DNA of 64,000 bases from an uncultured cyanobacterium (GTDB lineage Bacteria > Cyanobacteriota > Cyanobacteriia > Cyanobacteriales > Nostocaceae), in NCBI GenBank assembly GCA_963706595.1, contig OY970166.1, positions 4,512,001 through 4,576,000 of the forward strand. The letters run 5' to 3'. The translations under genes and the position numbers were made by a program. The notes under the pieces were generated by a model. It searched no databases, was not told the DNA's origin, and was given only the letters and a program-made list of their open reading frames with translations. Shown here piece by piece: positions 21,162-31,884 of this stretch. Position 1 is the stretch's first letter. Each line of letters opens with the position of its first letter.

Positions 21162-22121
21162 TTAATTTTTTGCGCCTTTCACACCACTAATTTTTAAAAC
21201 ATCGCTCATAGTTGCACAGTAATTTGGTAAGCCCAAACTGGCGGGATTGACCACATTTTCATAACTAAAATGGCGATTGTTCATGCAGAATCTATCCCAG
21301 GCGGCCATTTGAATCCGAAATACAGCAATAATTAAATTAGCTAATGCTAACGATAGCGGAATGCGAAAATAAATCTTTTTACCTAAATAATTGCAGACTT
21401 CTTCCACTGCTTGATTAGCTGTTAATGCTTGTTGTCCCAAAACAAACTTACGTGGTTCGTTTTCCTGGGGAGGAAAATCAATTAAATATTGTACAGCAGT
21501 GGCAATGTCTCGCCCGTGGATAAAATGAAAACTGCCATCTACCTGCAAACAGCGAATTAAATTAATATATTTAGTTACTTCTGGTATTCCCGATGTCAGA
21601 TGAGAATAAGGTTTTTGATCATCACCGCCTAAAACTAAAGTTGGGAAAACCTTAGTAATTTTCGGGGCTATTTCTAGCTGGGACATTTTTTGTAAACAAT
21701 CATATTTGGAACGAATATAATCTGTACCAATTTCCCCAGCTTCTTTCAGGGGTTGATTGTAGCGATCCAAAACACTAGCTGTAGAAAAATAAATTACTTG
21801 TTCACAGCGCTGCGGATCTAGCATTTGCATCAATTCTAGAGTCTTGGAGACATTAATATCAAATGTGTGATCACCACCCCAAGCCGTAGCCGTGAGGACT
21901 GCTGTATCAATTGTGGGGAGTAAATCAGCTAACAGGCTAATTTTTTGCATATCACCCTGTAAAACGGTGATACCTGGACGAGCCTGGGTATCAACTTGCA
22001 ATTTCTGCGGATTTCTGACCAGTAAATATAACTCGTGATTAGTATTTTGAATTAAGGCTTCTGAGATGTAATGACCTACACAACCGCTTGCACCTGTCAC
22101 TAAAATCCGTTTCTGATTCAT
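21162..22121 (-). CDS. NAD-dependent epimerase/dehydratase family protein
   Basis: ILVTGASGCVG, YIRSK; lies downstream of hemE. Confidence 0.88.
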   Translation of the reverse strand: MNQKRILVTGASGCVGHYISEALIQNTNHELYLLVRNPQKLQVDTQARPGITVLQGDMQKISLLADLLPTIDTAVLTATAWGGDHTFDINVSKTLELMQMLDPQRCEQVIYFSTASVLDRYNQPLKEAGEIGTDYIRSKYDCLQKMSQLEIAPKITKVFPTLVLGGDDQKPYSHLTSGIPEVTKYINLIRCLQVDGSFHFIHGRDIATAVQYLIDFPPQENEPRKFVLGQQALTANQAVEEVCNYLGKKIYFRIPLSLALANLIIAVFRIQMAAWDRFCMNNRHFSYENVVNPASLGLPNYCATMSDVLKISGVKGAKN

Positions 22122-22250
22122 AGTTAAGATTTAAAATAAATTAGTAATTAAAACTTAAGAGTTAAAAATAAACTTAAAAGTTCCACTCTTAACTCTGTGT
22201 TCTCTGTGCCTCTGTGGTTAAATAATTGATTTTTTTACCACTGTTTTTAA

Positions 22251-22344
22251 TAGACATCTGGTGACAAAGGATGTAGAGACGTTCCAGGGAAAGTCTGTAA
22301 AAAAGTTCTGTGATCACGTATATTTTATTTCCAACAGATGTCTA
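22251..22344. mobile_element. Short TIR-bounded element with REP palindrome
   Basis: TAGACATCTG ... CAGATGTCTA ends around a TGTAGAGACGTTCC core. Confidence 0.5.
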
Positions 22345-22447
22345 ATATACAAGGATGTGTTATGCAGCAGACTTAGACACTATCTAAATTTTCGGTGCGT
22401 TAGGACTCAAGTCCATAACACACCCTACGAGATCACAGCTTTCCTGA

Positions 22448-23503
22448 TTAAACTTCTACAGATTTAAGTTGTTTTGCTGTTTCAAAAAAGAAAGCCACAT
22501 TTTCTTCTGGAGTTTCTGGTAATACACCATGACCAAGATTGAGAATATGACCCCAATTACCAGCTTTACGCACTGTATCCAGGATGCGATCGCGGATAAA
22601 CTCTTTAGAACCAAACAACACACCAGGGTCAAGATTTCCCTGAACTTTGACGTGTTTACCTAATCTGGCTCTTGCTTCAGCCATATCCACAGCCCAATCC
22701 ACAGTCACAATATCTGCACCCGATTTAGGCATTCTTTCCAGCACACCGGCACTACCGCTAACTAACAAAATTAACGGTGTATCAGGGTGAGTTTCCTTAA
22801 CTTGCTGAAAAACTCTTTGCTGATAAGGTAGAGCAAAGGTGTCATAATCTTGGGGACTCAGTTGACCAGCCCAAGAATCGAACATTTGTACAACTTGAGC
22901 GCCGCAGTCAATTTGATAGCGTGTATAGACGGCGATCGCATCAGCAAATTTAGCTAATAGCTGATGTAACATCGTCGGATCTGAAAACGCCATATTTTTA
23001 ATCACGGAGTAGGTTTTAGAACCTTTACCCTCCACTGCATAAGCGGCTAAAGTCCACGGCGCGCCCACGAAGCCTAAAACAGTTGACTGATTGCCTACTT
23101 CCTGGCGTAACGCCTGCAATATGGTCTTAATAAACGGTAGTTGTGCTTCTGGTTCTAAAGGACGCAGGCGATCAATTTGTTCTTGGGTACGAAGGGGCGA
23201 GTGAATGATTGGGCCTTTACCTTCCGCAATGTCCATTTCAATGCCCAACCCAGGCAAAGGGGTAACAATGTCAGAAAATAAAATCACTCCGTCTGGCTGG
23301 AATGCTCTCCAAGGTTGTAGGGAAACTTCTATGGCCACTTCGGGAATTTCCGAGCGATCGCGGAACGAAGGATACTTTTCCCTTAAATCTCGATATGCTT
23401 TCATATATCGTCCCGCTTGTCGCATCATCCAGACGGGGGGACAATCTACTACTTCACCACGTGCAGCTCGGAGGAGATGAGGAGCCGTTAACGAAACACC
23501 CAT
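22448..23503 (-). CDS. hemE: Uroporphyrinogen decarboxylase
   Basis: [49 protein letters not shown]. Confidence 0.96.
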   Translation of the reverse strand: MGVSLTAPHLLRAARGEVVDCPPVWMMRQAGRYMKAYRDLREKYPSFRDRSEIPEVAIEVSLQPWRAFQPDGVILFSDIVTPLPGLGIEMDIAEGKGPIIHSPLRTQEQIDRLRPLEPEAQLPFIKTILQALRQEVGNQSTVLGFVGAPWTLAAYAVEGKGSKTYSVIKNMAFSDPTMLHQLLAKFADAIAVYTRYQIDCGAQVVQMFDSWAGQLSPQDYDTFALPYQQRVFQQVKETHPDTPLILLVSGSAGVLERMPKSGADIVTVDWAVDMAEARARLGKHVKVQGNLDPGVLFGSKEFIRDRILDTVRKAGNWGHILNLGHGVLPETPEENVAFFFETAKQLKSVEV

Positions 23504-23609
23504 TTAACACTTCATCCTAAGTCATTATTTTTATGCCACTGTTTAGCTTATCATTCTGAGATTACGCTTTTTCAGGAGGTTCGCCTCAGACAACAATAGT
23601 TAACTTAAT

Positions 23610-24356
23610 ATGCAAACTGACTCTAATAGTCCAAATCATGTTGCATCGACTCTCCACCCAGGAAAGTTGTTGATTCCGCGCGCCCAGAGACAAAAATTTG
23701 TTCTCCAGTTTACCTTGATGACTGTCTTGGGATGGGTTGTAGGTGGAATTGCTAGCATAGGTTTAGAAAGAAGCATCCTGGGAGGCCTACCTCCTGCCGA
23801 TTCCTTTCATTGGGTCAAAATACTTGGTAACATTGTGTTTGCGGTAGTTTTTGCCGCCGATCAAGCCCTGGTTTTGCGTCGCTATATCTCCGGTTGGCTA
23901 TGGATACTGGCTACCAGTGCAGGTTGGTTGATTGCCAACAGCATCGCCTTTTTTTGGGTGAGATATATTTCCGCCATAGCTAGTTCCTTCAATGAAGGTG
24001 TAGCTCCTGAGTTAATCTTCTTCTGGGGATTTTTGTCAACGATTTCATACATTCTGGCGGGAATTTGGCTAGGATTGTGCCAATGGTTAGTTTTAAAGCG
24101 CTACGCAAAACCAGCCTGGAGGTGGATTTTCCTACCTTCTGTGTCCTTCTTCTTGATCAGTATTTGCGTTTGGTTCCTGTCTCTTGTGCAAGATTTGATT
24201 CCAGAAATGAATCGCACTCCTATATTGTATTGGAGTGAACAAACATTTACGGCTATTATTCTCGGAGTAATACCAGCAATTGGCTTGTGTACCTTCAAAA
24301 GAAACTCTCATCGCTCAACTAAAAGTTCTAGTTCATCTACCCTTACCGACAGCTAG
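23610..24356 (+). CDS. Multi-pass membrane protein
   Basis: About six hydrophobic segments with repeated Q-xx-VL-[RK]R-Y...W motifs. Confidence 0.75.
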   Translation: MQTDSNSPNHVASTLHPGKLLIPRAQRQKFVLQFTLMTVLGWVVGGIASIGLERSILGGLPPADSFHWVKILGNIVFAVVFAADQALVLRRYISGWLWILATSAGWLIANSIAFFWVRYISAIASSFNEGVAPELIFFWGFLSTISYILAGIWLGLCQWLVLKRYAKPAWRWIFLPSVSFFLISICVWFLSLVQDLIPEMNRTPILYWSEQTFTAIILGVIPAIGLCTFKRNSHRSTKSSSSSTLTDS

Positions 24357-24386
24357 TTGCTGGATATTTACCATAGGTTAACAATT

Positions 24387-26459
24387 ATGAATAAAGATAA
24401 AGTTTTACCAAAAATAGTCACGCCACCGATTGCGACACAAAAACCAGAGGTTTTAGAATTGCATGGCGATCGCCGCATCGACAACTACTTTTGGATGAAT
24501 GATGTGGATAATCCCCAAGTCATTGCTTATCTGGAAGCAGAGAACGCCTACACAGCCGCAATGACGCAGCATACAGAAGCACTGCAAACCCAGATATACA
24601 ATGAAATGCTGGCGCGGATTAAAGAAACAGATTTATCAGTGCCATTCCGGAAAAATGAATATTATTATTATTCACGCACTGAAGAAGGCAAAGCTTATTC
24701 CATTCATTGTCGGAAAAAGGGGAGTTTAGACGCTCCCGAAGAAGTGCTAATAGATGAAAATGAATTAGCAGCAGGTCACGATTTTTTTGAATTGGGTGTA
24801 TTTGAAATTAGCCCCAATCATCAAATATTAGCTTATTCCTTTGATACTAGCGGTTCAGAGCAATATCTTCTCTGTTTTCTTGACTTAACCACACATCAAT
24901 TATATCCAGAAACAATTGCCGAAACTTATTTTTCCTTTGCGTGGGGTAACGACAATCAAACTGGATTTTATACCAAAATTGATGATGCTAATCGTCCTTA
25001 TCAACTGCTAAAACACACATTAGGAACTTCCCCAGAAGCAGATGTGCTGATTTATGAAGAAACAGACGATATCTATCATTTATATGTTGGCAAAACCCGC
25101 AGTGAATCATATATATTGATGCTTTTGCAAAGTAGCATCACTACAGAAGTTCACTATTTGGATGCTAACAGTCCCCAAGGCGACTTTAAAATCATTCACC
25201 CCCGAACTACAGGGGTAGAATATGATGTTGACCATCACAGCGATAGCTTCTACATTGTTACCAACGAGAAAGCCACTAATTTTAAATTGGTGAAAACACC
25301 AGTAGCTGCGCCATCTCAAGAAAATTGGCAACCGATAATTCCCCACAGAGAAGATGTGTTGCTATTAGGGGTAAGCTTGTTTGCAAATCATTTAGTGATT
25401 TATGAAAGAAAAGGCGGATTGCAAACTGCAAGAGTGCAAAATTTATCCACAGGTGAGGAAAATAATATTAATTTTCCTGAACCCACTTATGAATTTGATG
25501 AAGGCAATAATCCAGAATTCAACACTAATATATTGCGCTTTCATTACACCTCTTTAATTACTCCCCAATCTGTTTTCGATTACAATATGGAAACAAATGA
25601 ACGGGAACTGAAAAAACAAACAGAAGTATTGGGTGGCTACGATAAAACTCAATATCAAAGTGAGTGGCTAATGGCGACTGCGACCGATGGTACAAAAATT
25701 CCCATCTCCATTGTTTACAAACAGGGAATTAACAAAGATGGCAAAAATCCCTTGTTACTCACAGGCTACGGTGCTTATGGTTCTTCTTACCCAGCATCCT
25801 TTTCATCCACCAGATTAACACTTTTAGACCGGGGAGTAGTATTTGCAATTGCTCATATTCGTGGTGGCGAAGAAATGGGGCGGAAGTGGTATGAAGAAGG
25901 TAAATTTTTGCATAAAAAGAATACCTTTACAGATTTTATCACCTGTGCAGAGTATTTAATTACTGAAAATTGGACAGCAAGCGATCGCTTAGTCATTACT
26001 GGCGGTAGTGCAGGCGGTTTATTAATGGGTGCAGTCATCAATATGCGTCCTGATTTGTTCAAAGCAGTAATAGCTAATGTCCCCTTTGTAGACGTAGTAA
26101 CTACAATTCTAGATACCTCCCTACCCCTATCAGCGATGGAATGGGAAGAATGGGGAAATCCTAACGACAAAGTTTATTACGACTACATGAAATCTTACTC
26201 TCCCTACGATAATGTCGAAGCCAAAAGTTACCCAGATTTATTGATTACTGCTGGTTTAAATGATTCTCGCGTCAAATATTGGGAACCCGCCAAATGGACA
26301 GCCAAACTGCGGGAAATTAAAACAGATAATCATCTGCTGCTGCTGAAAACTAACATGGATGCAGGACATAGCGGTGCATCTGGACGTTATGAAAGCTTGC
26401 GAGAACTAGCTTTTGAAGATGCTTTTATTCTCGATAGGTTGGGTTTAGGAAATATTTGA
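24387..26459 (+). CDS. ptrB: Oligopeptidase B (S9 family)
   Basis: HGDRRIDNYFWM, GYGAYG, HIRGGEEMG, GGSAGG nucleophile, DSRVKYWEPAKW, AGHSG. Confidence 0.9.
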   Translation: MNKDKVLPKIVTPPIATQKPEVLELHGDRRIDNYFWMNDVDNPQVIAYLEAENAYTAAMTQHTEALQTQIYNEMLARIKETDLSVPFRKNEYYYYSRTEEGKAYSIHCRKKGSLDAPEEVLIDENELAAGHDFFELGVFEISPNHQILAYSFDTSGSEQYLLCFLDLTTHQLYPETIAETYFSFAWGNDNQTGFYTKIDDANRPYQLLKHTLGTSPEADVLIYEETDDIYHLYVGKTRSESYILMLLQSSITTEVHYLDANSPQGDFKIIHPRTTGVEYDVDHHSDSFYIVTNEKATNFKLVKTPVAAPSQENWQPIIPHREDVLLLGVSLFANHLVIYERKGGLQTARVQNLSTGEENNINFPEPTYEFDEGNNPEFNTNILRFHYTSLITPQSVFDYNMETNERELKKQTEVLGGYDKTQYQSEWLMATATDGTKIPISIVYKQGINKDGKNPLLLTGYGAYGSSYPASFSSTRLTLLDRGVVFAIAHIRGGEEMGRKWYEEGKFLHKKNTFTDFITCAEYLITENWTASDRLVITGGSAGGLLMGAVINMRPDLFKAVIANVPFVDVVTTILDTSLPLSAMEWEEWGNPNDKVYYDYMKSYSPYDNVEAKSYPDLLITAGLNDSRVKYWEPAKWTAKLREIKTDNHLLLLKTNMDAGHSGASGRYESLRELAFEDAFILDRLGLGNI

Positions 26460-26472
26460 TTTAACTAATAGC

Positions 26473-26547
26473 TCAAACTTAAAAAACGTAATAATCAGAT
26501 CCCCGACTTCTCTAAGAAGTCGGGGATCTATATCGTCAAGGTTTTAT
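26473..26547. terminator. Hairpin repeat, probable bidirectional terminator (copy of 2632-2715)
   Basis: AGATCCCCGACTTCTCTAAGAAGTCGGGGATCT between convergent genes. Confidence 0.65.
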
Positions 26548-26579
26548 CTGCAAGAGAAAGGATTAATCAGTGATTTAGA

Positions 26580-27890
26580 TTAATTATGTCCACTCATTGC
26601 AAATATTTGTTTGATAATCAACACAGAAGCAATGGCTATCATGATTATCAATGTCACCTTACCACCAGGGACAAGCGGTTGATTCATCCTATTTAACTGT
26701 TGTTCTTGGCGTTGTTTCCAAGTCATTAATGCTGGAATTATCCCGCCTAAAACTGAAATACTAAAGGTTCCCGCGAAATCTAGGGCGTTAAAGAAAATGC
26801 TGGGATTAATTGCACCCAAACTCATGGGAGGTAACAAAATCAGTGAATAAAGCGGGAGACGGCTAGAAGGTTTATTCTGTGCGACTGGGAAAATATCTTT
26901 GAAGAAATCTAGCAACCCGTAGACAAAACCAATAAATGAGGTGGCGATCGCAAACTCTGAGAAAATAGAAAGTAAGATTCCTAACCATTCCCCAGCACCA
27001 CCCGACCGTAGTATTTGCAGTGGGTCAAGATTAGCTGTGCTGTGTACAATATCAGGACTAATACTACCCAAAATTACCGCATTCCACAGCAAGAACATCA
27101 CTAAAGGAATTAAAGAACCAATAATAATAGACTGGCGAATCTTGGGGATATCTCCTTCCAACTGAGTCACAACCACTGGGACAACATTATGGAAAAACAG
27201 CGCCACCAACATCACCGATACAGCACTCCCCAAAGCTGTCCAGTTGTGAGTCAAGAGTTGCACACTCTTAACCTGTCCTCCTCCGAGAAACAATAGTCCA
27301 ATAAAAGAAGTAATCACAATCGCCACAAAAACGCTGTTGAGTTTCTCAATTAATTTTTGTCGCCCCAGGTACATCATGCCACCAAATAACAAGGTGAAGA
27401 TAATTGTCCCCACCCAAGCAGGCGGAATGTTTTCTAGTCCCCACACCTGAGAAACCCCAGAGACTAAAATATTTCCCCCTTGAGTCATGTAAGCCACCAG
27501 CAAAGCATAGTGCAGAAACAGATACGCAGCGCCAGCAATCCGCGCCCCCACAAACCCCAGAGTTCCCTCAATCATTGCCAACAGACCAACACTCAAACGC
27601 CCTTCCAGACGCATGGCATTCACACACACTTCTGCCAGCAACAGCGCAGAAATTACCGTATACAGCCATACAGCAATTAATAACACTGTAGACGGCACAA
27701 CGCCAGATGGTAGAGTGACCGCAGGTAATGCCAGAATACCAGCCCCAACCGTTGTACCTGCAATCAGCGCCGTATTTCCCCACACACTACCCGGTTGATG
27801 ACTTAACTTATTTTCATTGAGTTCAACGTGAGAACATAATCGAGTGACTTCTTCTGGATGCAACTTGAAAACAGTGTTTGTAGGAGTCAT
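26580..27890 (-). CDS. Aromatic amino acid permease (TyrP/Mtr family)
   Basis: LIAGTTVGAGILALP, FHNVVP, AIATSFIG; about 11 TM segments. Confidence 0.9.
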   Translation of the reverse strand: MTPTNTVFKLHPEEVTRLCSHVELNENKLSHQPGSVWGNTALIAGTTVGAGILALPAVTLPSGVVPSTVLLIAVWLYTVISALLLAEVCVNAMRLEGRLSVGLLAMIEGTLGFVGARIAGAAYLFLHYALLVAYMTQGGNILVSGVSQVWGLENIPPAWVGTIIFTLLFGGMMYLGRQKLIEKLNSVFVAIVITSFIGLLFLGGGQVKSVQLLTHNWTALGSAVSVMLVALFFHNVVPVVVTQLEGDIPKIRQSIIIGSLIPLVMFLLWNAVILGSISPDIVHSTANLDPLQILRSGGAGEWLGILLSIFSEFAIATSFIGFVYGLLDFFKDIFPVAQNKPSSRLPLYSLILLPPMSLGAINPSIFFNALDFAGTFSISVLGGIIPALMTWKQRQEQQLNRMNQPLVPGGKVTLIIMIAIASVLIIKQIFAMSGHN

Positions 27891-28001
27891 ACCGAGATAA
27901 ATATCCGAAAGGGATGCAGACTGTGAAGTTATGTAACTAATTTTAGCAAAAACCTCAATATACTGCTTTTACACGCAAAAACCTCTCAGTCCAAAATAAA
28001 C

Positions 28002-28347
28002 TAGGACTTACACATTGACAATAAACAATAAATATGTAGGGCGCTAAAAAGCATATATTTCGTAGGGGTTTTGCATTGCTCATTGGTGTCAACTTCAGCC
28101 CCGGCGACTGGAAGTCGCGGCTACACAAACAAAGTCCGCCTGCGCGGACTCAGGAAAAATCGAGGATCTGAAACCCACGGAGGTGGGTTTTGCCTGTGTA
28201 GATGCGGTTTTTAACCGCCGATTTCATCTTAAGTTGACACGTATGAGCAATGCTAAACCCCTACCACGCGGGTATATTTACTATCAACATCATCATTGTT
28301 CAAAGCCGGAAATTGGCTATTTTCGGTGACAGCATACCATGATTAAT
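28002..28347. mobile_element. MITE (AGGACTTAC TIR family) with a nested insertion
   Basis: TAGGACTTACACA...TGCGTAAGTCATA ends; nested GTGTCAACTT...AAGTTGACAC element at ~28086-28240. Confidence 0.7.
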
Positions 28348-28372
28348 TTGTACAGTGCGTAAGTCATATAAA

Positions 28373-29575
28373 CTAGACAAATCGCTCAGTAAACTCATAC
28401 ATCAAATCAACCCTGCCTTTCCGCAACATAGCGGGGTCTAATCTTTCAGTAGTATTGCAAGTCATCAAAACAACTAATCTTTGCTTAAGTTGAATACCAG
28501 AATCATCAATGATACTTTGGTACAAAGTTCCATCCAAAAGCCCCAGAATATGTTCGGTTTTATTATTATTTTGAGCCACTTCCGATGCCCGATTTTGTGC
28601 CAAATTATCAGCCTCATTGATGATAATGCAAATTCGCTCTAAATAATTGGGAGGCACAAAGTTCGCGATCGCATCATGATCTAAAATAAAAATTACATAT
28701 CCTAAAGGGACAATAATTTCCTTTGCTACAGCCTGTGTCCATACAGTTTTACCTGTACCCGGTTCACCATGTACCACAATAGCTAATTGATTCTGAGTCA
28801 GAATTGCTTGTTGTACCGTATCAGTGAAACTTTGAATATCTGCGGAAAAACTCCGAATAGGATATTGACTGTAAACCTTACCGACACGACTTTGATATCC
28901 ACTCAGCATCACAGCTAAGTCATAAGTTGCTTTGTTAATTAGCGGTGAGATATGCGTTGACATTAAAGTATAATACCGTTTTCCGCGCTCGTAGGATTCA
29001 ATTTGCAGCCAAGTATCATACTTTGACCAATAAGCATAAACTGTATTAATAACTTCTAGACGTTCCCAACTCACAAACTTTTCCACAGGGAAATAGAAGT
29101 CTCTTTCTAAATAATACTGGGTAATAATATCAGGACGATCTAATAATTGTAAAACTCGTAAAACGGTAATTTCTTGCAAGCGATTCAGAACGTAATCAAT
29201 CGGGATGCTGCTACGACTCACAAATTGTACAATAGGTGTCTCCGTACTCAAAATATCTTTGTAGCGATGATCTGGTGATTGCGGGTCAGGTGTAATGTAG
29301 TTCCAAAATTTTTCTACTTCGTAGCGAGTATTATCAGATACTACATTCAGCAAATTTGCCCACCAAGCATAATTATTACGTCCCAAAATTTCAGCAAAAT
29401 TGCCGACTAAATTCAAAGATTTTTGTGTTAATTCGCGGGTGTCGTTGTGCAGCAATTGCCCTAAAAAGTCCCAGTCTAACTCTCTATGAAATGGTCTCCA
29501 ACCACTGGTAAGTAAACTTTGACGGTTATTATTATTAGGAGTACTATCGTTGCTTCTCAAATAATCAAATTCCAT
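28373..29575 (-). CDS. AAA+ ATPase family protein
   Basis: Walker A GEPGTGKT, IIINEAD Walker B variant, MTCN..ERLDPAMLRKGRVD. Confidence 0.85.
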   Translation of the reverse strand: MEFDYLRSNDSTPNNNNRQSLLTSGWRPFHRELDWDFLGQLLHNDTRELTQKSLNLVGNFAEILGRNNYAWWANLLNVVSDNTRYEVEKFWNYITPDPQSPDHRYKDILSTETPIVQFVSRSSIPIDYVLNRLQEITVLRVLQLLDRPDIITQYYLERDFYFPVEKFVSWERLEVINTVYAYWSKYDTWLQIESYERGKRYYTLMSTHISPLINKATYDLAVMLSGYQSRVGKVYSQYPIRSFSADIQSFTDTVQQAILTQNQLAIVVHGEPGTGKTVWTQAVAKEIIVPLGYVIFILDHDAIANFVPPNYLERICIIINEADNLAQNRASEVAQNNNKTEHILGLLDGTLYQSIIDDSGIQLKQRLVVLMTCNTTERLDPAMLRKGRVDLMYEFTERFV

Positions 29576-30204
29576 ATTTTTAAAATTATCCAGCAGTAGT
29601 CGAGTTATTTAGTTATGGACTTAGGACATTTTTAACTGGAGATTTTGGAGTGAGTTGACATTTTGTATACTACAGATGTAACACAACAAAGTCAAGCAGG
29701 CAAAATTTTGCGAAAAATATCTTAAATTTTGCCAACTTAATGCGATCGGCAAAGCCGCACCGTAGGCGATCGCATCGATTTTTTCACAACTCCATACCTA
29801 CGCACATCTGCTAAGAATTGTTTGTTTACGTCTAAGTTGAACCCTTGATTTCTGCCAGATGCACACTCGTGACTTCTAGTCATGCAAGGTTCAATTTATA
29901 TCTTTGATTCTACGGAAATAAGTAGCACTCTCCACAGACTACTGTGCATTAAAATTGTGATATTGACTTATTATAATCTTGGCGAAAAATATTCTGTGAT
30001 TTTGCGTATAATCAAGAAGTAGTTGCTAAACCTATAGATTTGAAGTTTTCTTTTCCCGATGTTTTTGGCTTGGGTAAGAATCATCAAATAGGCGCAAGCA
30101 AAACCTGAGCCAATCCTGGATTAGATCCATTCTATCCTTGCGGGATGTCTCGATTATTATCTCAAGCAAGACGATAAATCCCAACGTAATCTTCTGGAGA
30201 AGAG

Positions 30205-30657
30205 ATGTATCTGGCACATTCGTTCATGAGTGATGAAAAGAAGCAAAATCCTCAGCAGCCCTTAATCTTGGTAGTGGAAGATCATGATGATAGTCTACTG
30301 CTGATTGGTTATGCCCTTAAGTTACTTGGCTGTAGATTCATTTGTCAAAATGAAAGTTCCACGACGTTACTAGTGGCAAAAGACTATCAGCCAGACCTGA
30401 TCATGTTAGATATTTTATTACCAGGTCTTAGCGGCACTGATATTGTACATGATCTCAAACAAGAACCGCTAACTGCCAAAATACCAGTACTCGCAGTTAC
30501 GGCTTTAGCTAGTAGAGATGATCGAGAACGCCTCCTCTCGGCGGGTTTTGATGACTACATCAGTAAACCTTACATGATCGAGGATTTAGAGGCGATAATT
30601 AGCCGCCTGCTACGTGGTAAGCTCAATTCTCCGACTTTGAAGAGTGCTGAACGCTGA
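30205..30657 (+). CDS. Single-domain response regulator
   Basis: LVVEDHDD, DLIMLDILLP, AVTA, YISKPY. Confidence 0.9.
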   Translation: MYLAHSFMSDEKKQNPQQPLILVVEDHDDSLLLIGYALKLLGCRFICQNESSTTLLVAKDYQPDLIMLDILLPGLSGTDIVHDLKQEPLTAKIPVLAVTALASRDDRERLLSAGFDDYISKPYMIEDLEAIISRLLRGKLNSPTLKSAER

Positions 30658-30730
30658 CTAATGACTAATGACCAATGACTAATGACTAATGACTAATGAC
30701 TAATGACTAATGACTAATGACTAATGACTA
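30655..30730. repeat. STRR heptamer tract (TGACTAA)n between convergent genes
   Basis: About 11 tandem TGACTAA units overlapping both stop codons. Confidence 0.9.
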
Positions 30731-31857
30731 CTATGTTTTGGTAGGGTGACTGTGAATACACTACCTCGCCCTAATTCAGAGGTAAGTGTAATTGTGCCAC
30801 CGTGTGCTTCTATAATTCGGCTCGATAGATGCAGACCTAAGCCACTACCAGACCGTTTATTTCTACCTTGGCGAAACCGTTCAAAAACAGTTGCTTGGTC
30901 TTCGGGCGCAATGCCATAACCAGTATCTGTAAGCTCAATGATGACGCTATCTTGACCCTGAGAATTAGCGGATTTTTCCCAAAGACAAACTTCGATACCG
31001 CCTGTATCTGTAAACTTGATGGCGTTGCCAATTAAGTTGTTAAATACGCGTCGCAGTTCTAGCGGATCGCCCATTACTACACCAGCATTTTCTTTCTGTA
31101 AATCTAACTTACTGGTATCTATTTTCAGAGCCAAGTTTTTCTCACTTGCAAGGGGAGTGAGTTCGCTACTGACTTCTTGAATTATTTCTGGTAGGTTGCA
31201 CACGTCATCGTTTAAAGTCTTTTTACCTGCCTCGAAGCGATAGACTTCTAAGAGGGTGTTTACCATTTGCATTAAGTTTTGATTACTGCGAATCATGACG
31301 GCGATCGCTTGTTTCATTTCTGGAGAAATTTCGCAGAAGGTTTCCTGTTGAAACAAGTCCAGCATCCGGTCAGCAGCCACTAGTGGGGTCCGCAAATCAT
31401 GAGTTAAACGCGAAACAAAATCTTCGCGCTGACGGGCCATTTTTTTTTGCTCATCTAAACTGTGTTTGAGGCGCAACAGCGATCGCACTCTGGCTAAAAG
31501 TTCATCTGTATCAAATGGTTTACGAATAAAATCATCTGCACCAGCATCCAACCCTTCAACTACACTGGATTGGTGAAAGGCAGTAATGAGCAGAATGGGA
31601 ATATAGCTGCCATTCAATTCCGGATTATTACGGATGCGTCGAGTCACTTCATAACCATCAATTCCTGGCATCATCACATCTAGTAAAATTAAATCGGGTG
31701 GAGATTGTTTAATTTGCTGCAAAGCTGTTAAACCATCTGCAACTAAGTCAATCTCATAACCCTCACTTTCGAGAATCGTCTGAACCAAAATCAGATTATC
31801 TCTAGTATCATCAACGGCGAGAATACGGTCAATTTTCGGCTTTTCTACAACAGACAT
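30721..31857 (-). CDS. Hybrid receiver-histidine kinase
   Basis: LAVDD..DVMMP..KPF receiver; LTHDLRTPL H-box; NLIGNAIKFT; GSGLGL. Confidence 0.92.
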   Translation of the reverse strand: MSVVEKPKIDRILAVDDTRDNLILVQTILESEGYEIDLVADGLTALQQIKQSPPDLILLDVMMPGIDGYEVTRRIRNNPELNGSYIPILLITAFHQSSVVEGLDAGADDFIRKPFDTDELLARVRSLLRLKHSLDEQKKMARQREDFVSRLTHDLRTPLVAADRMLDLFQQETFCEISPEMKQAIAVMIRSNQNLMQMVNTLLEVYRFEAGKKTLNDDVCNLPEIIQEVSSELTPLASEKNLALKIDTSKLDLQKENAGVVMGDPLELRRVFNNLIGNAIKFTDTGGIEVCLWEKSANSQGQDSVIIELTDTGYGIAPEDQATVFERFRQGRNKRSGSGLGLHLSSRIIEAHGGTITLTSELGRGSVFTVTLPKHSSH

Positions 31858-31884
31858 GATTTATCAACGGTTTATGAGCATAAT

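Noticed and set aside
30655..30730. Tandem repeats here and at 40195-40307 as a possible CRISPR array
   Set aside because: Contiguous 7-nt units with no spacers and no cas genes; these are STRR repeats
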